A DNA stretch of 64,000 bases, taken from the NCBI GenBank assembly GCA_965218285.1, contig OZ244616.1:1255827-1319826 (forward strand). The letters run 5' to 3'. The notes beneath the pieces are model-generated. The model searched no databases. It had not been told where the DNA came from and was given only the letters and a program-made list of their open reading frames with translations. The stretch's first letter is position 1. Each line of letters begins with the position of its first letter. Shown here piece after piece: positions 29,350-39,973 of the stretch. The stretch comes from Candidatus Poribacteria bacterium. GTDB lineage: Bacteria; Poribacteria; WGA-4E; WGA-3G. A program made the translations under genes and the position numbers.

Positions 29350-31668
29350 ATGAAACAGAAATTGGAGATATTAATGTTACAATCAATCGCATTTTGGAAG
29401 CGAATTTCAATATCTGTGACAATGATAGCATTACTTCTTTTTAGCGTCACTGATATCTTCGCGCAGGGGCAAACTAAAAATGACCAAACTACAAGAATCC
29501 AAACAATAAGGGCTATTCAAGAAGCGAACGATCACTATTACGAAAAACGTTACGCAGATGCGATTAAAGCGTATCAAGCTTTGCTAAAAAACGAACTTGA
29601 GCAGTCTCAAAAGGATTCCATGCGGCTTATGCTCGGACAGAGCCATGCAAAACTTGGCGAAGACAAGGCAGCGCGCCGGATATTTAAGGAGATTATAGAT
29701 GAAAATCCTGATGGTTCTTACGCAACTCAGGCTGTCCATCAACTTTCTAATCTCTATAGTCTACGTTACCAATATACAGAGGGTATAGTACTATGCAAGC
29801 AGATACTGAGACAACATCCTGATACTGGTGCTGCTGCTATTGCTGCCTACCTGATTGCATACTATCAATATGTAGATGGCAAACATGATGATGCTATAGC
29901 GAGTTACAAGTATTTCCTTGATAAATTTCCGAATTCCATCTATCGCTCTGCTGCAATAAGTAGTCTTGTTCGCTTGTATACAGAAAATAAACGGTATGCA
30001 GATGCAGAAAAACTCATCAAGGAACGGATGAAACTAAATCCAACTGACACAACCCTTTTAGAGGCACTTGCAAACTTATATCATCAACAAGGAAAATCTC
30101 AAAAAGCATTGGAACTCTATAAAGGTGTACTTGAGAAAGATCCGACAAACACATCTATCCGAAAAAAACTTGGTTCACTTTATGCTGAACTTGGTAACAA
30201 GGAGCAAGCAATAGCCGAATGGAAGAAATTGGTAACGGGTGATTCTAATCAACACCAGCAACTTGGTTCAATTTATCTTTCTCACAAAATGTATAAGGAA
30301 GCGAGTGAGTCGTTTCAACAAGCGATAAATGCAAATCCAAGGTATGGCTACCTCTATACGCAGCTTGCGGCAGTATATAATATTCAGGGAAATATTGAAA
30401 AAGCTGCTGCTACCTATCTTGATGGCTTACAAAGTATCGGTCCGAGTGGCAGCCAACGCGAATCAATATGGCAGGCAATGCTTGAAATTTATCAGGGTGA
30501 CAGGCAAAAACCGCTTCGTGAAAAGTTGATAGCACAATATCAAAAAGTCCATCAGGCTGCCCCGACAAATCTCAACAACGGGTTGGCTTTGGGTGAACTT
30601 TATTTTTACGCAGGGCAATATGACAACGCCCTCAAAATATTCACAAAACTCCACCGAAGTTACTCGACATCCATTGATTCAACATTGGAAAGATTTGGAA
30701 GTTATTTAGAGCGTAACCAAAATTTGGCAGCAATTGATTTTTACAAGACACTTTTGCAGCGAACAAGGGATCAAAGACAACTCACAAATACACGGTATAA
30801 ACTTGCAACACTTTACCAAAAGGCTGAGCGGTTTGATGAGGCGGTTGATATATTGAAAGAATTGGACAGTAAAAGCACTGCATCCATTGGTAGCCAATTC
30901 CTTCTTGCACAGATTCAACTGTACGGTCTTCATGACCCCAAAGCCGCACAAATGACTCTCCGACCGTTACTCGCTAAACGTTTGGTTTCCAGTCAAAATG
31001 TGGAAGCACAATTGATGCTTGGAGAATGCCATCTCCTCCTAAAAAGATACACCCTTGCAAGACAGGTCTTGACACCTCTAACCAGTACTACCAGCCGCTT
31101 AAGCACAACTGCACGAAAACTCCTTGGAGACTCATACTTCTTCGCAGCAGAATTCGATAACGCGGTCAGGGAATATAGAGAGGTGATCCGTCTTTCAAAA
31201 TCGGATAAACTCACGAACGATGCACTTGAACGAATTTCTCTGATGCAAGACAATTCAGACTATCTCACGATTCCCCTCACAGACTATGCGAACACACTAC
31301 AACTCCACCTGAGTGGAGACACTGAAGCAGCGATAACACAGTGTGAAGACACGATATCACTTTATCCTAAATCCGTAATCGTTGACGATGTGTGGATGCT
31401 TCTTGGGTCAATATATCGTTCTCAACATGCTCATGGAGATGCTATTCATTCATATCGACAAGTAGTTGCGCAAGACAGTCCATTAGCAGCGGAGGCTCTA
31501 ACACAGATCGCAGATATTTACCAAAAGAAGAGAGATTTCACGAACGCGATGGATACCTACACGACTTTACTCACGACATATCCTGACAATAGCATTGTTC
31601 CACATGCCCGTCAGCAGTTAGACGAAATAACAAAGTTGATGAATAGCACAGAACTCAATACACCGTGA
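29350..31668 (+). CDS. Secreted tetratricopeptide-repeat protein
   Basis: Signal peptide and many TPR helices; start uncertain (29290/29350/29374). Confidence 0.85.
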   Translation: MKQKLEILMLQSIAFWKRISISVTMIALLLFSVTDIFAQGQTKNDQTTRIQTIRAIQEANDHYYEKRYADAIKAYQALLKNELEQSQKDSMRLMLGQSHAKLGEDKAARRIFKEIIDENPDGSYATQAVHQLSNLYSLRYQYTEGIVLCKQILRQHPDTGAAAIAAYLIAYYQYVDGKHDDAIASYKYFLDKFPNSIYRSAAISSLVRLYTENKRYADAEKLIKERMKLNPTDTTLLEALANLYHQQGKSQKALELYKGVLEKDPTNTSIRKKLGSLYAELGNKEQAIAEWKKLVTGDSNQHQQLGSIYLSHKMYKEASESFQQAINANPRYGYLYTQLAAVYNIQGNIEKAAATYLDGLQSIGPSGSQRESIWQAMLEIYQGDRQKPLREKLIAQYQKVHQAAPTNLNNGLALGELYFYAGQYDNALKIFTKLHRSYSTSIDSTLERFGSYLERNQNLAAIDFYKTLLQRTRDQRQLTNTRYKLATLYQKAERFDEAVDILKELDSKSTASIGSQFLLAQIQLYGLHDPKAAQMTLRPLLAKRLVSSQNVEAQLMLGECHLLLKRYTLARQVLTPLTSTTSRLSTTARKLLGDSYFFAAEFDNAVREYREVIRLSKSDKLTNDALERISLMQDNSDYLTIPLTDYANTLQLHLSGDTEAAITQCEDTISLYPKSVIVDDVWMLLGSIYRSQHAHGDAIHSYRQVVAQDSPLAAEALTQIADIYQKKRDFTNAMDTYTTLLTTYPDNSIVPHARQQLDEITKLMNSTELNTP

Positions 31669-33362
31669 TAGCACACGACACAATTGATATATTTGCGATG
31701 GAAAATACTTCTTATCTACTATTCATTTGTGTGCTATTCTGCACTTGTCTCCTGCAGATAAGCGTGGATGAAACAGTTATTCATTTTACCGAACAAACCG
31801 ATGCAGCTGGGATACGTTTTAGACACATCAACGGTGTATCTGAACATAAATATCTACCTGAAACGATGGGGTCTGGATGCCTCTTTTTTGACTACGATAA
31901 CGACGGTTACCTTGACATTTTCTTTGTCAATAGTGGTCGTTCTTGTGAAAATGCTTCTCAACCCCGTAGCCATTCGGACGAAATGAACGCACTTTATCGT
32001 AATAATGGCGATGGAACGTTCACAGATGTAACCGCACAATCAGGGTTTCAGAAAAATATCGGCTACGGAATGGGATGTCTCTCCGCTGATTACGATAACG
32101 ATGGCGATGCAGATCTTTACCTCACTAACTTCGGGAGAAACCAACTCTACCGCAACAATGGTGACGGCACTTTCACTGATGTTACAACCCAGGCGGGTGT
32201 TGGAGATTCACATTGGAGTGTCAGTGCATCCTTCGGAGATTACGACCTTGATGGATACCTTGATCTCTATGTTGTGAACTACTTGGATTATCAGGTTGAA
32301 ACAGCACACGCTTGTTCACTTGAAGGTGTTCATATCTACTGCGGACCACACGAATACCCCGGTGCATCCGATACGTTTTACCGTAACAACGGTGATGGAA
32401 CATTTACAGAGGTCACTGCCCAGTCAGGTGTGCACAATGTTGGAAAAGGATTAGGTGTCCTCTTTACAGATTACAACAACGATGGCTATCCCGATATTTT
32501 CGTGGCAAACGATGCTGTCCAAGATTATCTTTATCGCAATAACGGCGATGGCACATTTACGGATGTTGCGACCACTGCAGGAATAGCCTATAATTCTGAG
32601 GGACGCGCTACGGCGAGTATGGGTATTGCAAATGGGGATTACGATAACGACGGGGCTTTAGACCTATTCGTTACAAACTTCTCGTTGGAAGTCAACAGCC
32701 TCTTCCAAAATGATGGAGAAGGGTTCTACACGATGACTACGTTTGAAACAGGTCTTGCAGAACCCAGTTTTTCTCAACTTGGGTTTGGCACACAATTTCT
32801 TGATGCGGACAATAACGGCACTTTGGACCTCTTCGTCGCAAACGGACATGTATGGGACAACGTCGCGCAAATCACACCTTCTCTCTCCTACAAACAAACG
32901 TGCCAATTCTTTCATAACACCGGAACAGGTAATTTCAAGAATATATCTAAGGTCGCAGGTGAGTTTTTCAGACGTCCGGTTGTTGGACGTGGCACTGCTA
33001 TCGGTGACTACGATAATGATGGAGATATAGATATACTCATCACGACCTGTGGCGGAAAACCTGTACTTCTACGTAACGACTCCAAAACAGAAAATAAATG
33101 GTTGAAAATCAAATTGATTGGTACCAAGAGCAATCGTGATGGAATTGGCGCGAAAGTTTATGTGAAAACAGATCGCACAACACAAGTTAGGGAAGCCACT
33201 AGCGGCGGCAGCTACGCATCTGGAAGCGATCACACTCTTCTTTTCGGACTTGGCACGCAAGCGAAAGTGCAATCCGTTGAAGTGAAATGGCAAAGAGGGC
33301 ATATACAAAAGCTTGTAAATCTTGCTGCTAATCAAGTTATTCGTCTTAAAGAAAATCGCTGA
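31665..33362 (+). CDS. CRTAC1/FG-GAP-repeat protein with ASPIC/UnbV domain
   Basis: DYDNDG.LD and LYRNNGDGTFTDVT repeats; SNRDGIGAKV, FGLG. Confidence 0.9.
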   Translation: MIAHDTIDIFAMENTSYLLFICVLFCTCLLQISVDETVIHFTEQTDAAGIRFRHINGVSEHKYLPETMGSGCLFFDYDNDGYLDIFFVNSGRSCENASQPRSHSDEMNALYRNNGDGTFTDVTAQSGFQKNIGYGMGCLSADYDNDGDADLYLTNFGRNQLYRNNGDGTFTDVTTQAGVGDSHWSVSASFGDYDLDGYLDLYVVNYLDYQVETAHACSLEGVHIYCGPHEYPGASDTFYRNNGDGTFTEVTAQSGVHNVGKGLGVLFTDYNNDGYPDIFVANDAVQDYLYRNNGDGTFTDVATTAGIAYNSEGRATASMGIANGDYDNDGALDLFVTNFSLEVNSLFQNDGEGFYTMTTFETGLAEPSFSQLGFGTQFLDADNNGTLDLFVANGHVWDNVAQITPSLSYKQTCQFFHNTGTGNFKNISKVAGEFFRRPVVGRGTAIGDYDNDGDIDILITTCGGKPVLLRNDSKTENKWLKIKLIGTKSNRDGIGAKVYVKTDRTTQVREATSGGSYASGSDHTLLFGLGTQAKVQSVEVKWQRGHIQKLVNLAANQVIRLKENR

Positions 33363-33459
33363 GTTCTTGAGGAAACCCCGCTGTTATCCTTAAATCCACT
33401 ATGCTATGTTGTAGTGCGATGTCTTTGTACCGTATTCCATTTATGGGTAGACACCAATA

Positions 33460-33553
33460 ATACCAAATTAACTTGATTCAAAGTTTTCCGATAAAGGAGG
33501 TCTCCATTGTGAGGCACGGGGACCTCGCTCTACAAATCGGGTTAATTTGATAT
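33460..33553. repeat. ATACCAAATTAAC-type REP-carrying element
   Basis: ATACCAAATTAAC...GAGGCACGGGGACCTC...GTTAATTTGATAT. Confidence 0.8.
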
Positions 33554-33567
33554 AAATTCAATTTATG

Positions 33568-33597
33568 TTGACAAACCTCAGCAACCTATTTTATAAT
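33568..33597 (+). promoter_or_regulatory. sigma70 promoter
   Basis: TTGACA-18 bp-TATAAT upstream of AGGAGG and ATG 33622; degenerate copy precedes the next paralog. Confidence 0.65.
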
Positions 33598-33621
33598 TGT
33601 AAGATAGGAGGAGATATATTT

Positions 33622-34368
33622 ATGAAAAAACGAAACTATTGGAAAATTGTTGGTTATAGTGCTATCGTCTGTTTGTTCACGACGATGTCTTTATGTGTGC
33701 AAGATATCCACGCTGCAGAATCATTTGGTGATCCATTTGCGGGTGGCAAATTGCAGAATCCTAATTGGAAATGGCAAAACGAACCGCCTACATGGGATGT
33801 TGGTAAAACCCGCGAAGGTTTTTTATACATTGAATGTGAACCAAACCCTTCTTGGTGGACATTGGAGAGCTCAAATTTCCTATATCAAGAAACCGAGTCC
33901 GACACATTTGATGTACAAACTCGTTTTTTTACAAAATGGAAAGCAACTTCCGGTTTAAATGGAATTCTTGTATCAAGTCCTGCTGACGACAATTGGATAT
34001 CCATTCGGTATTGGGCGCGTAATGACACAGGACAAATCCAATTTCGAAGTAAAAGAACTGGATTGGTACTAGATCCAGCATGGAGATCGAAATCTACTGA
34101 AACTGAATTATACTTAAGGCTTAAAAAGAATAGAAACCAAATCTCTGCATTGTACAAGACCAAAAAACCTGATAAATGGATTCAAGTGGGTATTTCCGAT
34201 ATGGAACTTACTCCTCCACTTCAACTCGGTATTTTTGCTGGTTTAGACACATCAGATGGCAAACTTGAGGTGGTATACGATTATTTCGGTGATAATACAG
34301 ACCTTTTCCCTGTTGAACCCGATGGGAAAGCGACAACCACTTGGGGAGAAGTTAAAACCAGATATTAA
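33622..34368 (+). CDS. Secreted concanavalin-like (DUF1349-like) protein, paralog 1
   Basis: AGGAGG RBS, signal peptide, LRLKK...LQLGIFAG, C-terminal VEPDGKATTTWGEVKTRY. Confidence 0.8.
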   Translation: MKKRNYWKIVGYSAIVCLFTTMSLCVQDIHAAESFGDPFAGGKLQNPNWKWQNEPPTWDVGKTREGFLYIECEPNPSWWTLESSNFLYQETESDTFDVQTRFFTKWKATSGLNGILVSSPADDNWISIRYWARNDTGQIQFRSKRTGLVLDPAWRSKSTETELYLRLKKNRNQISALYKTKKPDKWIQVGISDMELTPPLQLGIFAGLDTSDGKLEVVYDYFGDNTDLFPVEPDGKATTTWGEVKTRY

Positions 34369-34446
34369 CAATTCGACAGATGCAATGTGATATTCACAAA
34401 CTTCAGCAATCTATTTTACAATTGTAAGATAGGAGGAGATATATTT

Positions 34447-35202
34447 ATGAAAAAACGAAACTATTGGAAAATTGTTGGTTATAGTATGATCGTCTGTTTG
34501 TTCACGGCGATATCAATATGTGTACAAAACGTAAACGCAGAATCATTTGGGGATTCATTTGACGGTGGCGAATTGCAGAATCCTAATTGGAAATGGCAAA
34601 ACGAACCGCCTACATGGGATATTGGTAAAACCCGCGAAGGTTTCCTATACATTGACTGTGAACCCAACCGAAATGTATGGGCATCGGACGCGTCTCATTT
34701 TCTGTATCAGGAAACTGATACTGACATGTTCGATGTTGAAACTCATTTTTTCGCCAAATGGGATACCAATTCTGGGGTTAATGGACTCCTTGTGAAAAGT
34801 CCTTCTGACGATAACTGGGTAACCATTAAATTCTGGTCTCGAAATGCAACCGACAGAGGACATATCCAGTATCAAACCAAGCAAGCCGGGCTGGAACCGT
34901 CTGATATCCAATGGAGATTTGGTGATTGGGGTGACATCCAAATGTCTCTCCGACTGAAAAAAGAGGGGGATACATACACTGCATGGTATAAAGCAATGGA
35001 TGATACGGATTGGGTAGATATCGGACAAGATAGTTTTGCCCTGACTCCGCCGCTTCAACTCGGTATTTTTGCTGGAGTTGCTGATCCAACTGGTAATCTT
35101 GAGGTTGAATACGAATATTTCGGAGATAATCTGAATGTTACTGATGTTCAACCTGATGGGAAAGTTGCAACAACCTGGGGTGCGGTAAAATCCCGCTATT
35201 AG
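34447..35202 (+). CDS. Secreted concanavalin-like (DUF1349-like) protein, paralog 2
   Basis: Same N-terminus as paralog 1; ends VQPDGKVATTWGAVKSRY. Confidence 0.8.
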   Translation: MKKRNYWKIVGYSMIVCLFTAISICVQNVNAESFGDSFDGGELQNPNWKWQNEPPTWDIGKTREGFLYIDCEPNRNVWASDASHFLYQETDTDMFDVETHFFAKWDTNSGVNGLLVKSPSDDNWVTIKFWSRNATDRGHIQYQTKQAGLEPSDIQWRFGDWGDIQMSLRLKKEGDTYTAWYKAMDDTDWVDIGQDSFALTPPLQLGIFAGVADPTGNLEVEYEYFGDNLNVTDVQPDGKVATTWGAVKSRY

Positions 35203-35210
35203 TTATGTAG

Positions 35211-35236
35211 ATGAGACAGACCCCTGGTCTGTCTCA
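35211..35236 (+). terminator. Hairpin after paralog 2
   Basis: TGAGACAGACC-CCT-GGTCTGTCTCA inverted repeat; no clear U-tract. Confidence 0.4.
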
Positions 35237-35254
35237 CCGCACGTTTACCAAAAC

Positions 35255-35404
35255 GTGCGGTGTTTCATCCCCGCCTCTCAAGGTAGGGATGAAGCACCGC
35301 AAATAAACTTGACTTTTCTCAAGAAATGTGGCATCCTATATTCAACCGTTGGATCGGATGAGCCTCTAAAGAAAACCCTATCCTTTAGGGTGGGAAGTTG
35401 TCAC
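35255..35404 (+). mobile_element. Possible miniature IS200/IS605-derived element
   Basis: GCGGTGTTTCATCCC...GGGATGAAGCACCGC hairpin, internal TTGACT promoter-like box, CCTATCCTTTAGGGTGGG hairpin ending in GTCAC. Confidence 0.45.
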
Positions 35405-35456
35405 CTTGACAATTTCCACAATTAATTTTAAAATCAGAATTAGAGGAAGTAAACTT

Positions 35457-36212
35457 ATGAAAAATCGGAACTATTGGAAAATTGTTGGTTATAGTATGAT
35501 CGTCTGTTTGTTCACGGCGATGTCTTTATGGGTACAAAACGTAAACGCAGAATCATTTGGTGATTCATTTGACGGTGGCGAATTGCAGAATCCTAATTGG
35601 GAATGGCAAAACGAACCGCCTACATGGGATGTTGGTAAAACACGTGAAGGTTTCCTATACATTGACTGTGAACCGAATCGAAATCTATGGGCATCGGACG
35701 CATCTCATTTTCTATATCAGGAAACTGAGACCGATATGTTTGATGTTGAGACTCATTTCTCCGCCAAATGGGATACCAATTCTGGGGTTAATGGACTCCT
35801 TGTGAAAAGTCCTACTGACAATAACTGGGTAACTATTAAATTCTGGTCTCGAAATGCAGCCGACAGAGGGCATATCCAGTATCAAACCAGGGAAGCCGGG
35901 CTGGAACCGTCTGATATCCAATGGAGATTTGGTGATTGGGGTGACATCCAAATGTCTCTCCGACTGAAAAAAGAGGGGGATACATACACTGCATGGTATA
36001 AAGCAATGGATGATACGGATTGGGTAGATATCGGACAAGATAGTTTTGCCCTGACTCCGCCGCTTCAACTCGGTATTTATGCTGGTGTTGCTGATCCAGC
36101 TGGTAATCTTGAGGTTGAGTACGAATATTTCAGAGACAATATGAACCCTTTCCCTGTTGAACCGGGTGGAAAAGTGACAACAACCTGGGGTGCAGTTAAA
36201 ACTCGATATTAA
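35457..36212 (+). CDS. Secreted concanavalin-like (DUF1349-like) protein, paralog 3
   Basis: Nearly identical to paralog 2; ends VEPGGKVTTTWGAVKTRY. Confidence 0.8.
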   Translation: MKNRNYWKIVGYSMIVCLFTAMSLWVQNVNAESFGDSFDGGELQNPNWEWQNEPPTWDVGKTREGFLYIDCEPNRNLWASDASHFLYQETETDMFDVETHFSAKWDTNSGVNGLLVKSPTDNNWVTIKFWSRNAADRGHIQYQTREAGLEPSDIQWRFGDWGDIQMSLRLKKEGDTYTAWYKAMDDTDWVDIGQDSFALTPPLQLGIYAGVADPAGNLEVEYEYFRDNMNPFPVEPGGKVTTTWGAVKTRY

Positions 36213-36234
36213 ATATTAAGGATGGACAGATACA

Positions 36235-38118
36235 ATGCGATACAGTTTAATCATATTTCTCTGTTTCTGTGTCGTTTCTCCTCTAATGGCTGAGACTTTC
36301 ACAGATGTTAGTCAAGCCGCTGGGGTTCATCAGCGAGAAACTCCAGTTGATGTGAATTCCGGGGCTTGGATGGGTCCCGGAACCGCCGCTGTTGATTACG
36401 ATAACGATGGCTGCTGGATGGACATTTTCGTTGTCGGAGACGGTGGTTTACCTAACGCGCTATACCACAATAACGGTGATGGAACATTCATGGAGATAGC
36501 CGACAAAGCAGGAATTGCTAACACGCCAAACGGACGCGGATGTGTCTGGTTTGACTATAATAATGACGGTTGGCGCGACCTCTATGTAACCTGTGTGGGA
36601 CCAAACTATCTCTTTATGAATAATGGAGATTGTACCTTCACAGACGTAAGCGAGCAAGCAGGGATTGCGGACGAACAGCACGGCACCAGTATTGCAGTTG
36701 CCGATTATGACCACGATGGATGGCTTGATATCTATGTTTCAAACTGGGGACGGCCGGTTTCTCTTTTAGTCTCTAATCCCGCACCAAAAATCAACGTTCT
36801 ATACCGAAACAAGGGTGATGGAACTTTTGAAGAGGTTACACATTCTGCTGGAGTCGCTGATGATGGAATTGCTTGGGGTGCTATTTTCTTTGACTACGAT
36901 GGCGATACTTGGGCAGATTTGTTCGTTGCAAATGACCACGGACCTGATAAACTTTATCAAAATAGAGGGGATGGTACCTTCGCAGATGTTTCAGAGCAAT
37001 CTGGGATAGTTACGTTAATCGCTGGAAAACCGACAGGTGCGATGGGACTATGTGTCGGAGACTACGATAACGATGCTGACCTTGATCTATTCGTTACTAA
37101 TTATGATGCCGATCTGCTATGGCGAAATAACGGGAATGGCACTTTCACTAACGTCGCTGAAGCAGTTGGCGTAGCAAACGAAGGTGTAGGGTGGTATGCC
37201 AGTTTCGTTGACTTTGACAACGATGGGTATCGTGACCTTTACGTTGTCAACGGTGATGTAGATAATTCACAAAAAACTAACCGCAACCGTCTTTATCATA
37301 ATGATAGAAATGGCAAGTTTGTAGATCGTTCCGATCAGTTTAACACAACTGCTGATGTTGTCGGACGCGGGGCAACCTCAGGTGACTTTGATAACGATGG
37401 CGATGTTGATTTCTTTGTCGTCAATAACACTGGCAATACACTTCTTTTAAACGATCTTGATCCTCCCTTTCGAAGCAATGAACCTGCCTCCCGGCGCAAC
37501 TTAGCTAAGAATCAACGCATCCAATTTCGTTTGCGTGGTACAAAGAGTAACCGTGACGGCATCGGGACACGGGTATCAGTAAAGATAGGCAACTTCGTCC
37601 AGACACAAGAATTAATCTGCGGTACCGGTTTTTTGGGTAGCGATAGTTTGGAACTCGAATTTGGACTTGCAGGTGCTAGTAGCATCGATTCTATTACTTT
37701 GACGTGGCCCTCAGGAATTGTTGAAACCTATGAAGACCTATATGCAGCAAATATGTTTATTTTTACTGAAGGCGAAAAAGAAAAATTTGTCGTAGCAGTT
37801 GAACCAAAAGGGAAGCAGTCTATAACGTGGGGAAGGGTAAAAACTGCTGAGGTGTTTCAAAATTATCCTAACCCGTTTAACCCTGAAACGTGGATACCGT
37901 ATAATCTTTTTGAATCCAGTGATGTGAAATTCACTATCTACGCTCCAAGTGGTGAATTAGTGCAAGAATTTAAACTTGGACAGCAGGCACGTGGTGATAA
38001 AAAGTTATATTGGAATGGTAAAAACGCTGATGGCGAAACTGTTGCCAGTGGAATCTATTTCTATCAGTTTGAGGCAGGTAATACCCGAAGTGTGCGGAAA
38101 ATGTGGTTATTGAAGTAA
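36235..38118 (+). CDS. CRTAC1/FG-GAP + ASPIC/UnbV protein with C-terminal FlgD/T9SS-like domain
   Basis: DYDNDG repeats, SNRDGIG, VEPKGKQSITWGRVK then QNYPNPFNPETWIPY. Confidence 0.9.
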   Translation: MRYSLIIFLCFCVVSPLMAETFTDVSQAAGVHQRETPVDVNSGAWMGPGTAAVDYDNDGCWMDIFVVGDGGLPNALYHNNGDGTFMEIADKAGIANTPNGRGCVWFDYNNDGWRDLYVTCVGPNYLFMNNGDCTFTDVSEQAGIADEQHGTSIAVADYDHDGWLDIYVSNWGRPVSLLVSNPAPKINVLYRNKGDGTFEEVTHSAGVADDGIAWGAIFFDYDGDTWADLFVANDHGPDKLYQNRGDGTFADVSEQSGIVTLIAGKPTGAMGLCVGDYDNDADLDLFVTNYDADLLWRNNGNGTFTNVAEAVGVANEGVGWYASFVDFDNDGYRDLYVVNGDVDNSQKTNRNRLYHNDRNGKFVDRSDQFNTTADVVGRGATSGDFDNDGDVDFFVVNNTGNTLLLNDLDPPFRSNEPASRRNLAKNQRIQFRLRGTKSNRDGIGTRVSVKIGNFVQTQELICGTGFLGSDSLELEFGLAGASSIDSITLTWPSGIVETYEDLYAANMFIFTEGEKEKFVVAVEPKGKQSITWGRVKTAEVFQNYPNPFNPETWIPYNLFESSDVKFTIYAPSGELVQEFKLGQQARGDKKLYWNGKNADGETVASGIYFYQFEAGNTRSVRKMWLLK

Positions 38119-38176
38119 ATTTGATCCTACAAAAAATGCTCACCAAAGCACACGGATTAAGAAATAGGAGTAAAAA

Positions 38177-38446
38177 ATGGATTTAATAATAGAACAAGGC
38201 GAGATAAACAATGGCGGCATTGTTTTATCTAAGCCTTTGTCGTTGCCTGAAGGCACTAAAGTCCGTATACAAATAGAACCGATTGACACTGATGATAGCA
38301 AAAGCACGACACCTGATCAGAATGAAGACTTTGCCAATTTGCCCTTCTTTGGAATGTGGGCAGACCGAGAGGATATGCGCGACAGTGTTGCATGGGTTCG
38401 AAAGCAGAGAGAGAAATGGATAGAACGAATTACACGGATGGAGTAA
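38177..38446 (+). CDS. Antitoxin-like protein (DUF104/AF2212-like)
   Basis: G.I..G.I.L..PL.LPEGTKVRI and PFFGMWADREDM..S..WV...R; AGGAG RBS. Confidence 0.65.
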   Translation: MDLIIEQGEINNGGIVLSKPLSLPEGTKVRIQIEPIDTDDSKSTTPDQNEDFANLPFFGMWADREDMRDSVAWVRKQREKWIERITRME

Positions 38447-38625
38447 TTGATACGATTCAAGTTAACTTTCCTAAATTTATGCGCCCACGGGACCCTCTTG
38501 TGAATAAACATCCTTCAGTGATAAATCAACCCCTACTTCTTGCAACAAACAGATAGGTATTAAATCTTTCCTTAACGAATCTACTTTACAAAATCCATCC
38601 TACAAAAATTAGGAGAGCAATTATT

Positions 38626-39648
38626 GTGTCATCATCTTCTAATGTTCGCGTTGCTTTCTACGGCTGCGGAAATTTTGCTAAAGGCACGCGAATTCCGAAC
38701 CTTTTGCAGTTGGATTACGTTACTATAGTAGCAGCGTGTGATAGTAACGTGAAAGCGGCGCAGGAAACAGTAGAACGTTTCAATATCCCTCGCGCATACC
38801 ACAGTGAAAATGGTGGCGCATACAAAATGCTGAATGCTGAAGATTTTGACGTGCTATACTCCATTGTGCCTGCGTATGTACGGACTGATGTTGAAGTAAT
38901 CGCTGCAGAAAAAGGTATCCATATCTTTAGTGAAAAGCCGCAAGCAATCACAATGCAGGTCGCCAATCGGATTGACAAAGCGATTCGGGAAACTGGGGTT
39001 ATCAGTACTGTCGGGTTTCGCGAACGGTATCGTCCAATTTTTCAAAAAGCACGCGAATTTTTGGCTGACAAAAAGGTTGTACATGTCCGCTTCCAGAGTT
39101 ACGGTGGACTTCCTCCTACAGCAGGAAGTGAAGCAAAAACGTGGTGGGCAGATATGAAGAAATCCGGTGGTCGTGCGCTTGATTGGGGTGTTCATGCGAC
39201 AGATTATAGCAGGTTTATGACAGGCTTGAACGTTGCCAAAGCGCAAGCATTCTATTGTGAACGGTCAGCATATACGAATCCGCTGTCGTCTATATTTAGT
39301 TATTACTTCGAAAATAGTGCTACGATGACGCTGAGTTTTGTTTCTGCCGGTACGAGTCCGAAAGACGAACCGTGGTTTACGGTTTATTACGAAGGTGGAT
39401 ACCTCGCAATTTACCGATACGATAGGATTGAGGTAAACGGTGAGAAGATTTATCAGGCGGAAGAATTTAATCCGTGGTTAGAACAGGATAAAACTTTTAT
39501 TTGTGCTGTTCAGACAGGAGATGCAAGTATATTACAAAGTGATTATAACGACGGTCTCTTCTCTTTAGCACCTGTTTTGGCAGGTTGGAATTCTGCACGC
39601 CGCAATGGAGAATGTATTGATCTGGATTCATTCATGGATGTGTCTTAG
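38626..39648 (+). CDS. Gfo/Idh/MocA-family oxidoreductase
   Basis: FYGCGNFA, HIFSEKP, SGGRALDWGVHATD. Confidence 0.9.
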   Translation: MSSSSNVRVAFYGCGNFAKGTRIPNLLQLDYVTIVAACDSNVKAAQETVERFNIPRAYHSENGGAYKMLNAEDFDVLYSIVPAYVRTDVEVIAAEKGIHIFSEKPQAITMQVANRIDKAIRETGVISTVGFRERYRPIFQKAREFLADKKVVHVRFQSYGGLPPTAGSEAKTWWADMKKSGGRALDWGVHATDYSRFMTGLNVAKAQAFYCERSAYTNPLSSIFSYYFENSATMTLSFVSAGTSPKDEPWFTVYYEGGYLAIYRYDRIEVNGEKIYQAEEFNPWLEQDKTFICAVQTGDASILQSDYNDGLFSLAPVLAGWNSARRNGECIDLDSFMDVS

Positions 39649-39750
39649 GTGTAAGTGATACAGTCATTAGATTCCACAAGAAACAACTGTTTAGACAGAT
39701 AATACGATAATTCATAACATTTTAGATTTAATTTGGAGGATTCATATATA

Positions 39751-39966
39751 ATGGATGCAAAATTGAAAAAGATACAAATAACCCCGATGAAGTTTGACAA
39801 AGATGGGGACGTGCAAAAAGAGGAATTTTCAACCCTCACAATAGAGATTCCGATGGATAGTGCGGGGCAACGTGAAGCAATTGTGGCAATGCTACAACTT
39901 CTCAGTCAAGAGTGGGTTATCCTACACGTTGAAGGCAAAACACCCGGAGCCGTAGGAACCGCTTAG
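39751..39966 (+). CDS. Small hypothetical protein
   Basis: GGAGG RBS before MDAKLKK; abuts the next gene. Confidence 0.65.
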   Translation: MDAKLKKIQITPMKFDKDGDVQKEEFSTLTIEIPMDSAGQREAIVAMLQLLSQEWVILHVEGKTPGAVGTA

Positions 39967-39973
39967 GGCGATC

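Noticed and set aside
33622-36212. Diversity-generating retroelement
   Set aside because: No reverse transcriptase; whole-gene duplicates and differences not visibly adenine-specific
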